A DNA stretch of 43,300 nucleotides. Source: an uncultured Oscillospiraceae bacterium (lineage in GTDB: Bacteria; Bacillota; Clostridia; Oscillospirales; Oscillospiraceae). The stretch is taken from assembly GCA_964544345.1 (NCBI GenBank), contig CAZJBT010000002.1, forward strand, positions 1-43,300, written 5' to 3'. Shown piece by piece: positions 33,306 to 42,388 of the stretch (its first letter is position 1; each line of letters begins with the position of its first letter). The translations under genes were made by a program, and so were the position numbers. Below the pieces are notes generated by a model. That model saw only the letters and a program-made list of their open reading frames with translations. It ran no database searches and had not been told where the DNA came from.

Positions 33306-34211
33306 ATGAATCTGGAGCTGTTGTCGCATTTTCTCGTCTTTGCGGAGGACATGAGCCTGACCCGCGCGGCGGGGCGGCTGTATCTGACGCAGTCCACGCT
33401 CAGCCGGCAGATGGCCGAGCTGGAGCGGCAGCTCGGCGTGCGGCTTTTCGTGCGGGAAAAGAACGCCATCCGCCTGACGCCGACCGGCCAGCGCCTGGCC
33501 GAGACGGGGCAGGAGCTGCTCGACCACGCCGCGGGGCTTCGCGCCGAGCTCGAGCGCATCGACCGCCGCCAGACACGCCCCGCACTGGCCGTGTGCACGT
33601 TCTCGCTGACCATCGAGGGCTTCAGCCCGGTGTTCGGCGCGTATCATGACGCCTATCCGGATGTGGACGTGTCGCTGCACCCGGCGGAACCGGACGAGAT
33701 CCTTGCGCTCGTCGGCAGCGGCCGGTGCGACCTGGGCTTCACGACCTCGATGGCGCTCGGGCGGCTCTCGCCGGAGGCGCGGGGCGCGCTCAGCGCGCGC
33801 TTCGTGCGGCGCGACGAGCTGCGCGCTGTCGTCAGCGCGGCGCATCCGCTGGCCGGCCGGGCTTCCGTTCGGTGGGAGGAGCTGGCGGACTACCGTCTCG
33901 TCATGCCGCTCGACCGCAGCGCGAACGAGGGTCTGGCCGACGTGCTGCGCGCCCACGGGCTTGATCCGGAACGCATCGAGAAGGGGGAAAACCGCGTCCT
34001 GCGGTTCGCCATGCGCGAGTATGGCGCGGTCGCGCTCATCCTGGGCGGCGCGTTTTTGGACGTCATGACCGACTGTGTCGCGCTGCCGATCGAGGACTGC
34101 GGCGTCACCGCGGAGCTGTACTATGTCTGGCGCTCCGGCCGCACGCGGCCGGAGACCCGCCGCTATCTCGATCTCGTGGAGCTTGAGTTCGGCCCGGCGA
34201 GCGGGGAATAG
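33306..34211 (+). CDS. LysR-family transcriptional regulator
   Basis: MNLELLSHFLVFAEDMSLTRAAGRLYLTQSTLSRQMAELERQLGVRLF. An AGAGGGAG RBS lies upstream. Confidence 0.9.
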   Translation: MNLELLSHFLVFAEDMSLTRAAGRLYLTQSTLSRQMAELERQLGVRLFVREKNAIRLTPTGQRLAETGQELLDHAAGLRAELERIDRRQTRPALAVCTFSLTIEGFSPVFGAYHDAYPDVDVSLHPAEPDEILALVGSGRCDLGFTTSMALGRLSPEARGALSARFVRRDELRAVVSAAHPLAGRASVRWEELADYRLVMPLDRSANEGLADVLRAHGLDPERIEKGENRVLRFAMREYGAVALILGGAFLDVMTDCVALPIEDCGVTAELYYVWRSGRTRPETRRYLDLVELEFGPASGE

Positions 34212-34274
34212 AGCCTCCATGCGAAATTTCGAAGCAGTATGCAGCCTGCGCAGTGGCCGCCACACGGCCTGGCG

Positions 34275-34283
34275 TGGTATGCT
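34275..34283 (+). promoter_or_regulatory. Extended -10 element TGgTATGCT
   Basis: About 55 nt upstream of ATG 34337. No convincing -35. Confidence 0.35.
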
Positions 34284-34336
34284 GAAAAAAAGCCGCGCGG
34301 CGGCGATGCGACTTTGACAAAGAAAGGTGAGATACA

Positions 34337-35173
34337 ATGGCACGTCATCCGCTGATCCCAGAGGAGCTGGCTCTGTCCTACTCGAAGTACTGGTTCCTCA
34401 AATGGCCGGAAAAGAACCCGCTCTCGCAGGAACTGATGCGCGAGCCGATGGATCCGAAGTACATGCTCCCGTTCCAGGAGATCAACCGCCTGCTGGAGCC
34501 GGGCTATCTCGAGCGCGAGCAGGGCTGGTGCGTCTGTGACGACGGCCTCGGCTACCATGCCGACTACATCTGGATGCCCGGCGTCACGGTCGAGATGATC
34601 GACTGGTGGTTCGTCTGGCACTTCTCCGCGCCCAAGACGGTTCCGGCCGGCAACGGCAACCTGCGCTACAAGATCTGGAACCCGAACGAGCATGTGGACA
34701 CGGGCTTCAACGACGAGGCCAGCCGCCTGCGCGCCATCGACGAGTCCATCCCGATGCGCGAGCGGCGCTACGGCGCGAAGAACTTCATCCACGAGACGCT
34801 TGACGGCGGCGAGGGCGACAACATTTTGTTCCTGACCGCTGAGTGCCACGACCCGGTCGAGTTCGGCTTCGATGCGAAGCTGCTCCAGAACCCGGCCAGC
34901 GGCACCGTCATCGCAGGCATCACGACGAACATGCACTGCCCGACCATCTACCAGTTCCGTCCCTACGGCGACGGCGTGGAGATGCGCGTGCGCGACTACT
35001 TCGGCGTTGATTATGTTGAGGGACAGGGTCTTGTCCGCACGCCCGGCTTTGTCGCCGACCCCGTGCAGGTCTACAACAGCGCCCAGCATATCCTGGCCGA
35101 GTATCCGAACCTCGCCCGCTTCCTTCCGAAGCTGTACGCGGAGGAGAGCAACAAGCCCATTGACGCGTATTGA
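34337..35173 (+). CDS. Phloretin hydrolase / 2,4-diacetylphloroglucinol hydrolase (PhlG/Phy) family C-C hydrolase-like protein
   Basis: Length is about 278 aa. The blocks LLEPGYLE.E.GWC, MPGVT.EMIDWWF.WH, LRYKIWNP.EH and C-terminal EYPNLARFLP.LYAE match my recollection of the Eubacterium ramulus Phy / Pseudomonas PhlG family. Not verified by search. Confidence 0.6.
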   Translation: MARHPLIPEELALSYSKYWFLKWPEKNPLSQELMREPMDPKYMLPFQEINRLLEPGYLEREQGWCVCDDGLGYHADYIWMPGVTVEMIDWWFVWHFSAPKTVPAGNGNLRYKIWNPNEHVDTGFNDEASRLRAIDESIPMRERRYGAKNFIHETLDGGEGDNILFLTAECHDPVEFGFDAKLLQNPASGTVIAGITTNMHCPTIYQFRPYGDGVEMRVRDYFGVDYVEGQGLVRTPGFVADPVQVYNSAQHILAEYPNLARFLPKLYAEESNKPIDAY

Positions 35174-35187
35174 TCCAGCTCCGCCAG

Positions 35188-35226
35188 ACGCCCCGGCAGC
35201 GATTTGAGCTGCCGGGGCGTTTTTCT
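35188..35226 (+). terminator. Intrinsic terminator
   Basis: 13-bp stem acgccccggcagc / gctgccggggcgt followed by TTTTCT. Confidence 0.8.
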
Positions 35227-35275
35227 GCCTGTGCGCAGCCATTCCTGTCTGGAATACGCGGCCGGGGAATTGGAA

Positions 35276-35305
35276 TTGCTTCGCGGAACGCCGGGGTGCT
35301 AAGAT
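35276..35305 (+). promoter_or_regulatory. Candidate promoter TTGCTT-18-(TGc)TAAGAT for the binding-protein/tannase pair
   Basis: Extended -10 TGCTAAGAT about 50 nt upstream of ATG 35356. Confidence 0.4.
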
Positions 35306-35355
35306 AAACGCGGACAACGCCGGCGATGCCGGACAAGGAAGGGAGAATTTGTGCA

Positions 35356-36951
35356 ATGAAGAAGATGCTTGCGGCGCTGCTCGCGCTGACGATGGTGCTG
35401 GGACTTGCCGCGTGCGGCTCCGGCGACGCCGGAACAAACGATGCGGAGCAGCCGGCTTCGGTCGGGGACGGCACGTCGGAGACCGGCCAGAACGGCGCAC
35501 GGGACACGGATGGCTCCGCGCAGGAAAAGGACACGACCCTGACGATCGGCACCATGACCGCGCCGATCACCTTCAACAGCTCCGGCGCGGACAGCAATCC
35601 GTACAACGCGATGGTGTTCAACACGCTCATTGATTTTGACGAGGACGGCGAAATCTGCGGCGTCCTGGCCGAAGAATATGCGTATGTAGATGATTACACG
35701 CTGAAGATCACGATCCACGACAACGTGTATTTTACGGAAGGCCAGCACCTGACGGCGGACGACGTGCTCTACAGCCTGCGCTACTGGGCGACTGAAACAG
35801 TCCATTCCGAGTCGTTCAGCGCCTATGATCTCGATGCCAGCTACACAGAGGGCGAAACGGTTCTCTACATCGTCTACAAGGAGCTTTATGGCCCGGCGAT
35901 CACCGATCTCTCCAACTACTTTATCTACAGCCAGGAGTGGATGGAATCCATCTCCGATGATGCCTGGTGGGACAGCCCGAACGGCACCGGCGCATATGTC
36001 TGCACGGCCAATGTCGACGGCCAGTACACCTCGTTTGAGCGCAAGGACGAGTGGTGGGGCGAGCTGCCCGAGTGCACCGCCGTCACCTACAAGTATTACG
36101 GCGAGTCGAGCACCATGTTCATCGACCTTGAGCAGGGCGTACTTGACCTTGCCTACAATGTCTCCAACACCGACGCGGCGCGTCTGATCGCGGGAACGGA
36201 GGAGAACACCGATCTGGTCTATCAGCTCCAGAAGATCAACTCGCCGGCGAATATCAAGTTCTGCGAGGTCTGTGAATACTGGCAGGACGAGCGCGTGCGC
36301 AAGGCGTTTGCGCTGGCCATGGATTATGAGGGGATCGCGACCGCGGCCTTTGGCGAGCTGTGGGTCGAAATGGGCTCCGCTATCGGCGACGGCTGTAATT
36401 ATTACTACGAGGTGGGCGGCTACGAGACCGATCTCGACCGCGCGAAGGAGCTGATGGCCGAGGCCGGCTATGCCGACGGCTTTGAGGTGCGCGCCATCAT
36501 TGTGAACAGCGCCGTCGATATGGCGACGGCCGTCCAGGCCTGCGCCGCGCAAATCGGCATCACGATCCACATCGAGTCGTATGATCCGGGCGTCGCCGTG
36601 CCGATGTGGATCGCCAACGAAACCGATCTGTACATCAGCGCGGGCGCGGAATCGAATGCCACAAAGGATCCGTACTCCAGCCTGAATATCTTCGGCGAGA
36701 CGACGACGATGACCGCCTGCCGCATCACGCAGCCTGAATTCAACGAGTATTTTTACGAGGGTCTGTATACCATCGACCCGGAGGTTCGCGCGGAAGCGTA
36801 CCAGAAGCTGCAGCAGTGGATCTACGACACCTACTGGCTCGTCACCGTCTGCGATCCGACCCGCTGCAACGCGTGGGACGGCACGAAGATCTCGTCTGTC
36901 TACTTCGCCAATCCGGGTCGCCCGGTCGTGACCTATATCCACTTCGCCTGA
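35356..36951 (+). CDS. Family-5 ABC substrate-binding lipoprotein, copy 3 (orphan, adjacent to the tannase gene)
   Basis: Signal peptide with lipobox LAACGS. The mature domain is collinear with the 23505 and 28554 proteins (for example TL.IG, DDYT.KI.I.DNVYFT.GQ.LTA.DV, PNGTG.Y). Confidence 0.85.
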   Translation: MKKMLAALLALTMVLGLAACGSGDAGTNDAEQPASVGDGTSETGQNGARDTDGSAQEKDTTLTIGTMTAPITFNSSGADSNPYNAMVFNTLIDFDEDGEICGVLAEEYAYVDDYTLKITIHDNVYFTEGQHLTADDVLYSLRYWATETVHSESFSAYDLDASYTEGETVLYIVYKELYGPAITDLSNYFIYSQEWMESISDDAWWDSPNGTGAYVCTANVDGQYTSFERKDEWWGELPECTAVTYKYYGESSTMFIDLEQGVLDLAYNVSNTDAARLIAGTEENTDLVYQLQKINSPANIKFCEVCEYWQDERVRKAFALAMDYEGIATAAFGELWVEMGSAIGDGCNYYYEVGGYETDLDRAKELMAEAGYADGFEVRAIIVNSAVDMATAVQACAAQIGITIHIESYDPGVAVPMWIANETDLYISAGAESNATKDPYSSLNIFGETTTMTACRITQPEFNEYFYEGLYTIDPEVRAEAYQKLQQWIYDTYWLVTVCDPTRCNAWDGTKISSVYFANPGRPVVTYIHFA

Positions 36952-36967
36952 CGCAGGAGGGATCGCA

Positions 36968-38341
36968 TTGAAATACATACTTGAGTTTGATTCGTCCTGC
37001 GGCGAGACGAGGAAGCTGACCATGGACGGCATCACGGTCGAATACAGGGAGTTTACCGGATTGTCCTATGTGACCGAGCCGGTCGAACCGCAGTATCAGA
37101 CGATGAATCTGTTCGTGCCGGAGGCATACTACCGCGGCGAGAGCATCCGGGGCTACACGGCGCAGACCGCGCCGATCTTCCTGCCGAACACCGTGGGCGG
37201 CTATATGCCGGGAGAGGCCGACCGGCCGGGGCTTGATTTCTTCGGCCGCGTCAACGCCGCGTTTTACGCGCTCGCTCGCGGCTATGTCGTTGCCTCGCCC
37301 GGCCTGCGCGGACGTACATTGCAGGACGCATCGGGCCGCTACACCGGCAAAGCGCCCGCCTGCATCGTCGACTATAAGGCCGCCGTCCGCTATCTGCGCC
37401 GCAACAGCGGCCGCTTCCCCGGCGACACGGAGAAGATCGTCTCCAACGGCACAAGCGCCGGCGGCGCGCTCTCGGCGCTGCTCGGTGCGACGGGCGATCA
37501 TCCCGATTATGAGCCGTACCTCCGGCAGCTCGGCGCGGCGGACGAGAGCGACCGCATCTATGCCAGCTCCTGCTTCTGCCCGATCATCAACCTTGATCAT
37601 GCCGATATGGCCTATGAGTGGCTGTTCGAAAACGTCACGGAGTATTCCGCGCAGCGCATCGACATGGTGGACAACAAGCCGAACTTTGTTCCGATCAGCG
37701 GGACGCTGACGGACGAGCAGCTCCGCCTGTCCGCGCTGGCGCGGAAGGAGTTCGCGCCGTATCTTGGCTCGCTGCACCTGGCCGGGCCGGACGGCGCGCC
37801 GCTCGATGAGGCAAGCTTCCGCGCGTATTTGAAGCGTCTCGTGATCGAGTCCGCGCAGCGCGCTCTCTCGCGAGGACAGGATCTGAGCGCCCTGGACTGG
37901 ATCACGACGGACGGCGGCAGCGTGCGCGATCTCGACTTTGAAGCGTATTTGCAGTTCAATAAGCGGATGAAGACGCCGCTGCCGTTTGACAGCATTTCGC
38001 TGGATTCTCCGGAAAATGACCTGTTCGGGTCGGAGGACGTCAACTGCCGGCACTTTACGCCGCTCGCCGCATCCATCGGCGGCGGAACGCTGGCCGAGCC
38101 GGAGGTCATTCGCATGATGAATCCGATGAACTACGTCGGTGCGGCCAAGACCGCCCGCCATTGGCGCATCCGCCACGGCGCGGCCGACCGCGACACCTCG
38201 CTGGCGATCCCGGCGCTGTTCACGCTGCTGCTGCGCAGTCGCGGCCTTGAGGTCGACTTCCATGCGCCTTGGGGCATCCAGCACATGGGCGACTATGAGC
38301 TGGACAGCTTGTTCGCCTGGATCGACTCGATCTGTCAATAA
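36968..38341 (+). CDS. tanB: Intracellular tannase (tannin acyl hydrolase, Lactobacillus plantarum TanB-type, alpha/beta hydrolase)
   Basis: Blocks shared end to end with the L. plantarum tannase as I recall it: APIFLPNTVGGY.PG, AP.CIVDYKAA.RYL, ITNGTSAGGA (nucleophile Ser), CPI.NL.HADMAYEW, TPLPFD...SPEN.LFG, HWRIRHGAADRDTS and GDYELDSLFAWIDSICQ at the C-terminus. No signal peptide. TTG start behind an AGGAGGG RBS. Confidence 0.85.
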   Translation: MKYILEFDSSCGETRKLTMDGITVEYREFTGLSYVTEPVEPQYQTMNLFVPEAYYRGESIRGYTAQTAPIFLPNTVGGYMPGEADRPGLDFFGRVNAAFYALARGYVVASPGLRGRTLQDASGRYTGKAPACIVDYKAAVRYLRRNSGRFPGDTEKIVSNGTSAGGALSALLGATGDHPDYEPYLRQLGAADESDRIYASSCFCPIINLDHADMAYEWLFENVTEYSAQRIDMVDNKPNFVPISGTLTDEQLRLSALARKEFAPYLGSLHLAGPDGAPLDEASFRAYLKRLVIESAQRALSRGQDLSALDWITTDGGSVRDLDFEAYLQFNKRMKTPLPFDSISLDSPENDLFGSEDVNCRHFTPLAASIGGGTLAEPEVIRMMNPMNYVGAAKTARHWRIRHGAADRDTSLAIPALFTLLLRSRGLEVDFHAPWGIQHMGDYELDSLFAWIDSICQ

Positions 38342-38408
38342 ACACAGCCGCGGCGTTCCATAGGGGCGCCGCGGCTCTATCGTCTATTGCGGATTGCGTC
38401 CATGCGCG

Positions 38409-38434
38409 GCCGGCCGGTTTGCAAACCGGCCGGC
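38409..38434. promoter_or_regulatory. 26-bp GC-rich perfect palindrome gccggccggtttgcaaaccggccggc abutting the LysR promoter
   Basis: Perfect inverted repeat ending 4 nt before the extended -10 TGaTAAAAT (38439-38447). It could be a terminator for the tannase transcript, an operator at the -35 position, or both. Confidence 0.45.
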
Positions 38435-38471
38435 TATGTGATAAAATAATTCCGCAGAGGTGAAATGCAGA

Positions 38472-39410
38472 ATGGAACTGGAGTACTTATGCGAATTTGT
38501 CGCCGTTGTGGATTGCGGCAGCTTCTCCAGAGCGGCTGAGAAGATCTGCATTTCGCAGTCGTCGCTGTCAAAGCACATCATGGCGCTTGAGCGCGAATTG
38601 GGTCTGAAGCTGATCGACCGAAAGCCGCGCTTGATCGAATTGACGCCGTCCGGCGCGCAGCTTCTGCCGCTGGCGCGGCAGGCGCAGGCGCTCAGCGAGG
38701 CGCTGGCCGCCGCCGTCCGGAAGGAGCGGCATCGCGGCCTGTTGGAGCTGCAGCTTGCGACTGTGCCGGAGATGGCGCAGTATGGCCTGACCGCCGTGCT
38801 GTCCCGGTTCCGGAAGGCTTACCCGGAGGTGGAGCTGATCGTGACCGAATGTGAAAAGCCGGCGGATGCGCTGGCCGGGCTTGCATCCGGCCGCTTTGAG
38901 CTGGCCTTTTCCCGTCGTGTGGAGGATGACTACGGTGACCTGGATTACCTCCGGTTCCGGCCGGACAAGGTCGCGGCGGTGCTGCCTGCGGGGCACCGGC
39001 TCAGCGGAGAGAGGATCATCCCGCTGAAGGCGCTTGAGCACGAGCGGTTTTATCTGCTCGACAGGACGACGGGGCTGCATGATCTGTGCGTCCGGCTCTG
39101 CCGGGAGACGGGGTTTAGCCCGAACGTGGTCTACACGGGGAGCCGGCCGGAGAATATCCTCGGTATGGTCGCGCAGGAGATGGGCGTGGCTCTGCTGATG
39201 CGGCGGCATGCCGACTTCCTGAATTATGTGGGTACGGTGTGCGTGGACATCGAGCCGACCATCGACAGCCCGATCTGCCTGGTGCGGCACGGCGGCCGGC
39301 CGCTCTCCCGGGTGGGCAGACTGTTCTGGGATGCACAGGCCAAGGAGGTGGAGGGGCTGAGCTTTGAGCCGGTTCCAAGGCCGCAGGACGCAGAGGTACA
39401 GATACTATAA
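38472..39410 (+). CDS. LysR-family transcriptional regulator
   Basis: MELEYLCEFVAVVDCGSFSRAAEKICISQSSLSKHIMALERELGLKLI. ATG 38472 behind a GAGGTG RBS is preferred over GTG 38460. Confidence 0.88.
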   Translation: MELEYLCEFVAVVDCGSFSRAAEKICISQSSLSKHIMALERELGLKLIDRKPRLIELTPSGAQLLPLARQAQALSEALAAAVRKERHRGLLELQLATVPEMAQYGLTAVLSRFRKAYPEVELIVTECEKPADALAGLASGRFELAFSRRVEDDYGDLDYLRFRPDKVAAVLPAGHRLSGERIIPLKALEHERFYLLDRTTGLHDLCVRLCRETGFSPNVVYTGSRPENILGMVAQEMGVALLMRRHADFLNYVGTVCVDIEPTIDSPICLVRHGGRPLSRVGRLFWDAQAKEVEGLSFEPVPRPQDAEVQIL

Positions 39411-39423
39411 TAATATTAGGAAC

Positions 39424-39460
39424 GGGAGCCATGTCCGGCGCTGCGCCGGACATGGCTCCC
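39424..39460. terminator. 17-bp-stem hairpin between convergent genes, related to the hairpin-1 module of the mosaic repeats
   Basis: gggagccatgtccggcg ctg cgccggacatggctccc. The core catgtc(c)ggcgc...gcgcc(g)gacatg resembles 30435-30461. Confidence 0.6.
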
Positions 39461-39466
39461 ACTGGT

Positions 39467-40375
39467 TTATTCCGCGTTCAGATCGAGGATCCTGTTGTAA
39501 AATTCAGCGATCTCATACGCTGCGTTCACGCCCTCCGGATATGGCGCGGCGGGATCGGCAAAGCAGTGCATCATATCCTGCCCGAAGTGCAAAAAGACCT
39601 CCACATTGGCCGCGGCCGCGCGTGCGGCCAGACTGACGCAGCCCTCGGCCAAACTCTCGCCGCCGCCGGTCTGGATGAGAAGCGGCGGGAAACCGCGGTA
39701 GTCGCCGTAGATCGGGGAGAGCAGCGGATCGAACCGGTCGGCGCCGGGCGAGTAGGTCTGTTCGATTTTGGGGCATAGCTGCGTGAAAATGTCGCGGCTG
39801 TAAAGCTCGCGCTGATCGTAGCGGATGTCGACCGGCGGCGACGAGCACCAGACGGCCTCCGGCAGCGGCTTGCCCTGCTGCTTGAGCGAGAGCGTCACGC
39901 CGAGCGACAGGCACGCGCCCGCGGACTGTCCGCCGAGCAGGATGCGGGAATAGCCCATATCCCGCAGTCCCTGGTAAAATGCAATGCAGTCGTTCAGCCC
40001 CGCGGGATATGGATGGTATGGCGCGAGGCGGTAGTCAACGGAAAAGCAGGTCACGTTGACCTTGTCGGTCAGGAATTCCAGGATGTCCATGCACTCCATG
40101 GCGGCGCCCTCGGTAAAGCCGCCGCCGTGGATGTGCAACAGCGCGGCGCCGTCCCGGATGCCCGGCCTGGTGAGCGTGATGCCCGGCACGCCGCCGACCG
40201 TCACGGCGCCGCCCGTATAGCCGCGCGGGATCTCCGGAGCCGGGAATTCATATCCCTCCACCATGACCGGCACGCCGGTCGGCCCGATCACGCGCCCGGG
40301 CAGCATCTGATTTTGCCCGATGGGGTCGATGGCCTCGAACGTCTTCAAAAATTCCTGAAATTTTTTGCTTGGCAT
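39467..40375 (-). CDS. Alpha/beta hydrolase, hormone-sensitive-lipase-type carboxylesterase
   Basis: Oxyanion motif HIHGGGF, nucleophile elbow GGQSAGA, C-terminal Asp and His candidates (DPLLSP, MMHCF). A GAGGTG RBS lies upstream. Confidence 0.85.
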   Translation of the reverse strand: MPSKKFQEFLKTFEAIDPIGQNQMLPGRVIGPTGVPVMVEGYEFPAPEIPRGYTGGAVTVGGVPGITLTRPGIRDGAALLHIHGGGFTEGAAMECMDILEFLTDKVNVTCFSVDYRLAPYHPYPAGLNDCIAFYQGLRDMGYSRILLGGQSAGACLSLGVTLSLKQQGKPLPEAVWCSSPPVDIRYDQRELYSRDIFTQLCPKIEQTYSPGADRFDPLLSPIYGDYRGFPPLLIQTGGGESLAEGCVSLAARAAAANVEVFLHFGQDMMHCFADPAAPYPEGVNAAYEIAEFYNRILDLNAE

Positions 40376-40518
40376 TTCACATCACCTCTGCTCTCATTAT
40401 AAGGATCGGCGCGCCGGCAAGCAATTCGGATTCTGCCCCGATGGATTCCTGTTTGGAATAGGGAGACCTTGCGTGGTTTTGCACAAATTCCAACCCGCAA
40501 TTTCGGGAAAATGGCGAA

Positions 40519-40546
40519 TTGAATTCGGCCGGAACTATAGTATACT
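40519..40546 (+). promoter_or_regulatory. Candidate promoter TTGAAT-16-TATACT
   Basis: Lies in an AT-rich stretch about 75 nt upstream of ATG 40622. Confidence 0.4.
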
Positions 40547-40564
40547 AATCGCATGGAACAGCCG

Positions 40565-40600
40565 GCTGGAAGGGTGCAAGCCCCCTTCCAGCCATTTTTT
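40565..40600 (+). terminator. Terminator-like hairpin plus T6 inside the 5' leader of the flavoprotein gene (candidate attenuator)
   Basis: gctggaaggg tgcaagcc cccttccagc followed by caTTTTTT, ending 21 nt before the start codon. No upstream plus-strand gene needs a terminator here. Confidence 0.5.
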
Positions 40601-40621
40601 ACAGGAAAGAGGGAACTTTGT

Positions 40622-42259
40622 ATGAGTTGGAGAACACCGCCCGCGCCGATCGATCCGAAGCTGATCACGCAGACCCGGGAGGCAGACGTCGTCGTCGTGG
40701 GTCTCGGCTACGCCGGTACCGCCGCGCTGCGCGCCGCGCAGGAGGCCGGCGCGTCCGCCGTCGGCATCGAATTCATGAACGAGAAATTTTACCGCTCCTA
40801 CGGCCGCGATTTCGGCCACATCAACTCGAAGTTTTTGGAGCGCCGCGGCGTCCCGAAGGTCGACCCGCTCGACCTGTACAACGAGTGGATGCGCCGCGCC
40901 GGCAACCGCGCCAACGGCGAGCTGGTGATGAAATTCTGCCAGAACTGCGGCGCCGCGTTCGACTGGTTCGTCGACATGATCCCGGATGAGAAGCTGCACG
41001 ACGAGCAGATGGTTCACGTCGCGTTCTGGCCGTCCGGCGCGCAGAATTTCAAGAAGGAGAGCCGCGAGAAGGGCTACTGCGAGATCAACGGATTCCGCTT
41101 TTGGAACGGTACGGCACAGTTCCCGTACGACGACCCGATGGGCTGGAAGGGCTGGCCGACGCTGCCCGACATCTGCAAGGAGAACCACAAGAAGGCGAAG
41201 GAGCTCGGCGCGCAGATCTTCTTCACCACCGAGGCGATGCAGCTCGTCAAGACCGGCGAGCGCGTCACCGGCGTGATCGGCCGCGACCGCCGCACCGGCG
41301 AATATACGCAGTACAACGCGAAAAAAGCGGTTATCCTCGCGTCCGGCGACTTCGCGCAGAATCAGGAGATGCTGCTCGACCTTGCCGTGGATATCACCGA
41401 CCTGTACACGCCGGACGAAAAACCGGCTCGCAACTCCAGCCGCAATGGCCGCGGCCACCAGATGGCGACCTGGATCGGTGCGCGCATGGAGACGCGTCCG
41501 CTGCCCGCGATGAGCGGAAATCAGCTCGCGACCAACGGCGGCTTCGGACAGTTCGGCGCGGTCTGGTTCGATTCCAACGGCCGCCGCTTCTGCAATGAGG
41601 TGTTCGGCGGCATGGAGCTGGCAGGCATGTCCGGCAACCAGACCGTGCGCGGCGAGGTGTTCCGCGTTTTCGATGAGAAGTTCCTGGAGCACGAGCTGTC
41701 CTGGGCGATCCCGTCGCACGGCAGCTTCGATGAGACGAACCCGCGCACGGTGAACCCGCTCCGGGAGCTGGTGGAATACGCAAAAACGCACGACGACGGC
41801 TTCTTCGACAACCACAATCCCGACCCGATGGAGCGCCGCCAGGCGTATTTCGGCCGCACGCCGGAGGAGCTGGCGAAAAACGCCGGCCTGACCGGCGAGG
41901 CCGCCGAGAACCTTGCCGCCGGCATCCGCCGCTACAATGAATTCTGCGCCGCAGGCCGCGACGCTGACTTTGCGCGCGATCCGAAGCTGCTCGACCCGCT
42001 CGAGGGCATGCTCTTCCTCGAGAAGAAGTACGCTTCAAGGTTTGGCCATATGCTCGTTTCGGTCGGCGGCCTGGTCACCGACGGCGACCAGCGCGTGCTC
42101 GATTTGAACTACGACCGGATCCCCGGCCTGTACGCGACGGGCAACTGCTGCGGCCGCCGCTTCGGTTCGCAGTACTTCACGCCGATCGCCGGCGTGTCCA
42201 TCGGCATCGCCGTGACGCTCGGCCGCGAGGCCGGCGCCGCCGCCGCGAAGCTGGGCTGA
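40622..42259 (+). CDS. FAD-dependent oxidoreductase (FAD_binding_2-like), paralogue of 14808-16430
   Basis: MSWRTPPAPI..., DVVVVGLGYAGTAALRAA, GLTGEAAEN, YNEFCAAGRDADF, IPGLYATGNCCGRRFG...PIAGVSIG. The start is at ATG 40622 behind an AGAGGGA RBS. Confidence 0.82.
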   Translation: MSWRTPPAPIDPKLITQTREADVVVVGLGYAGTAALRAAQEAGASAVGIEFMNEKFYRSYGRDFGHINSKFLERRGVPKVDPLDLYNEWMRRAGNRANGELVMKFCQNCGAAFDWFVDMIPDEKLHDEQMVHVAFWPSGAQNFKKESREKGYCEINGFRFWNGTAQFPYDDPMGWKGWPTLPDICKENHKKAKELGAQIFFTTEAMQLVKTGERVTGVIGRDRRTGEYTQYNAKKAVILASGDFAQNQEMLLDLAVDITDLYTPDEKPARNSSRNGRGHQMATWIGARMETRPLPAMSGNQLATNGGFGQFGAVWFDSNGRRFCNEVFGGMELAGMSGNQTVRGEVFRVFDEKFLEHELSWAIPSHGSFDETNPRTVNPLRELVEYAKTHDDGFFDNHNPDPMERRQAYFGRTPEELAKNAGLTGEAAENLAAGIRRYNEFCAAGRDADFARDPKLLDPLEGMLFLEKKYASRFGHMLVSVGGLVTDGDQRVLDLNYDRIPGLYATGNCCGRRFGSQYFTPIAGVSIGIAVTLGREAGAAAAKLG

Positions 42260-42285
42260 CGCGCTGCATTTTCACACATCCACAT

Positions 42286-42322
42286 CTGGGGCTGCTGCAA
42301 TATGGCGTTGCGGCAGCCCCAG
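42286..42322 (+). terminator. Hairpin after the flavoprotein gene
   Basis: ctggggctgc / gcagccccag stem. No clear T-run; an A-run follows. Confidence 0.35.
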
Positions 42323-42352
42323 CCTGCGCTGCAAAAAAATCGCCGGAAGGAC

Positions 42353-42381
42353 TTGACAAACGATACCCATGGTGCCATAAT
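42353..42381 (+). promoter_or_regulatory. Promoter TTGACA-17-(TGc)CATAAT of the feo operon
   Basis: Consensus -35, 17-nt spacer, extended -10. Confidence 0.6.
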
Positions 42382-42388
42382 ATCAATC

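Noticed and set aside
31746-34343. 865-aa minus-strand ORF opposite the flavoprotein and LysR genes. The same applies to 35299-37035, 36842-38338 and 40535-41815 on the minus strand.
   Set aside because: All are antisense to genes with strong motif support (FAD fold, LysR HTH, lipoprotein, tannase). Composition is biased and no start signals are present.
38384-38581. 65-aa minus-strand ORF between the tannase and LysR genes
   Set aside because: It has no RBS, overlaps the LysR promoter and N-terminus, and has no recognisable fold. It is most likely spurious.
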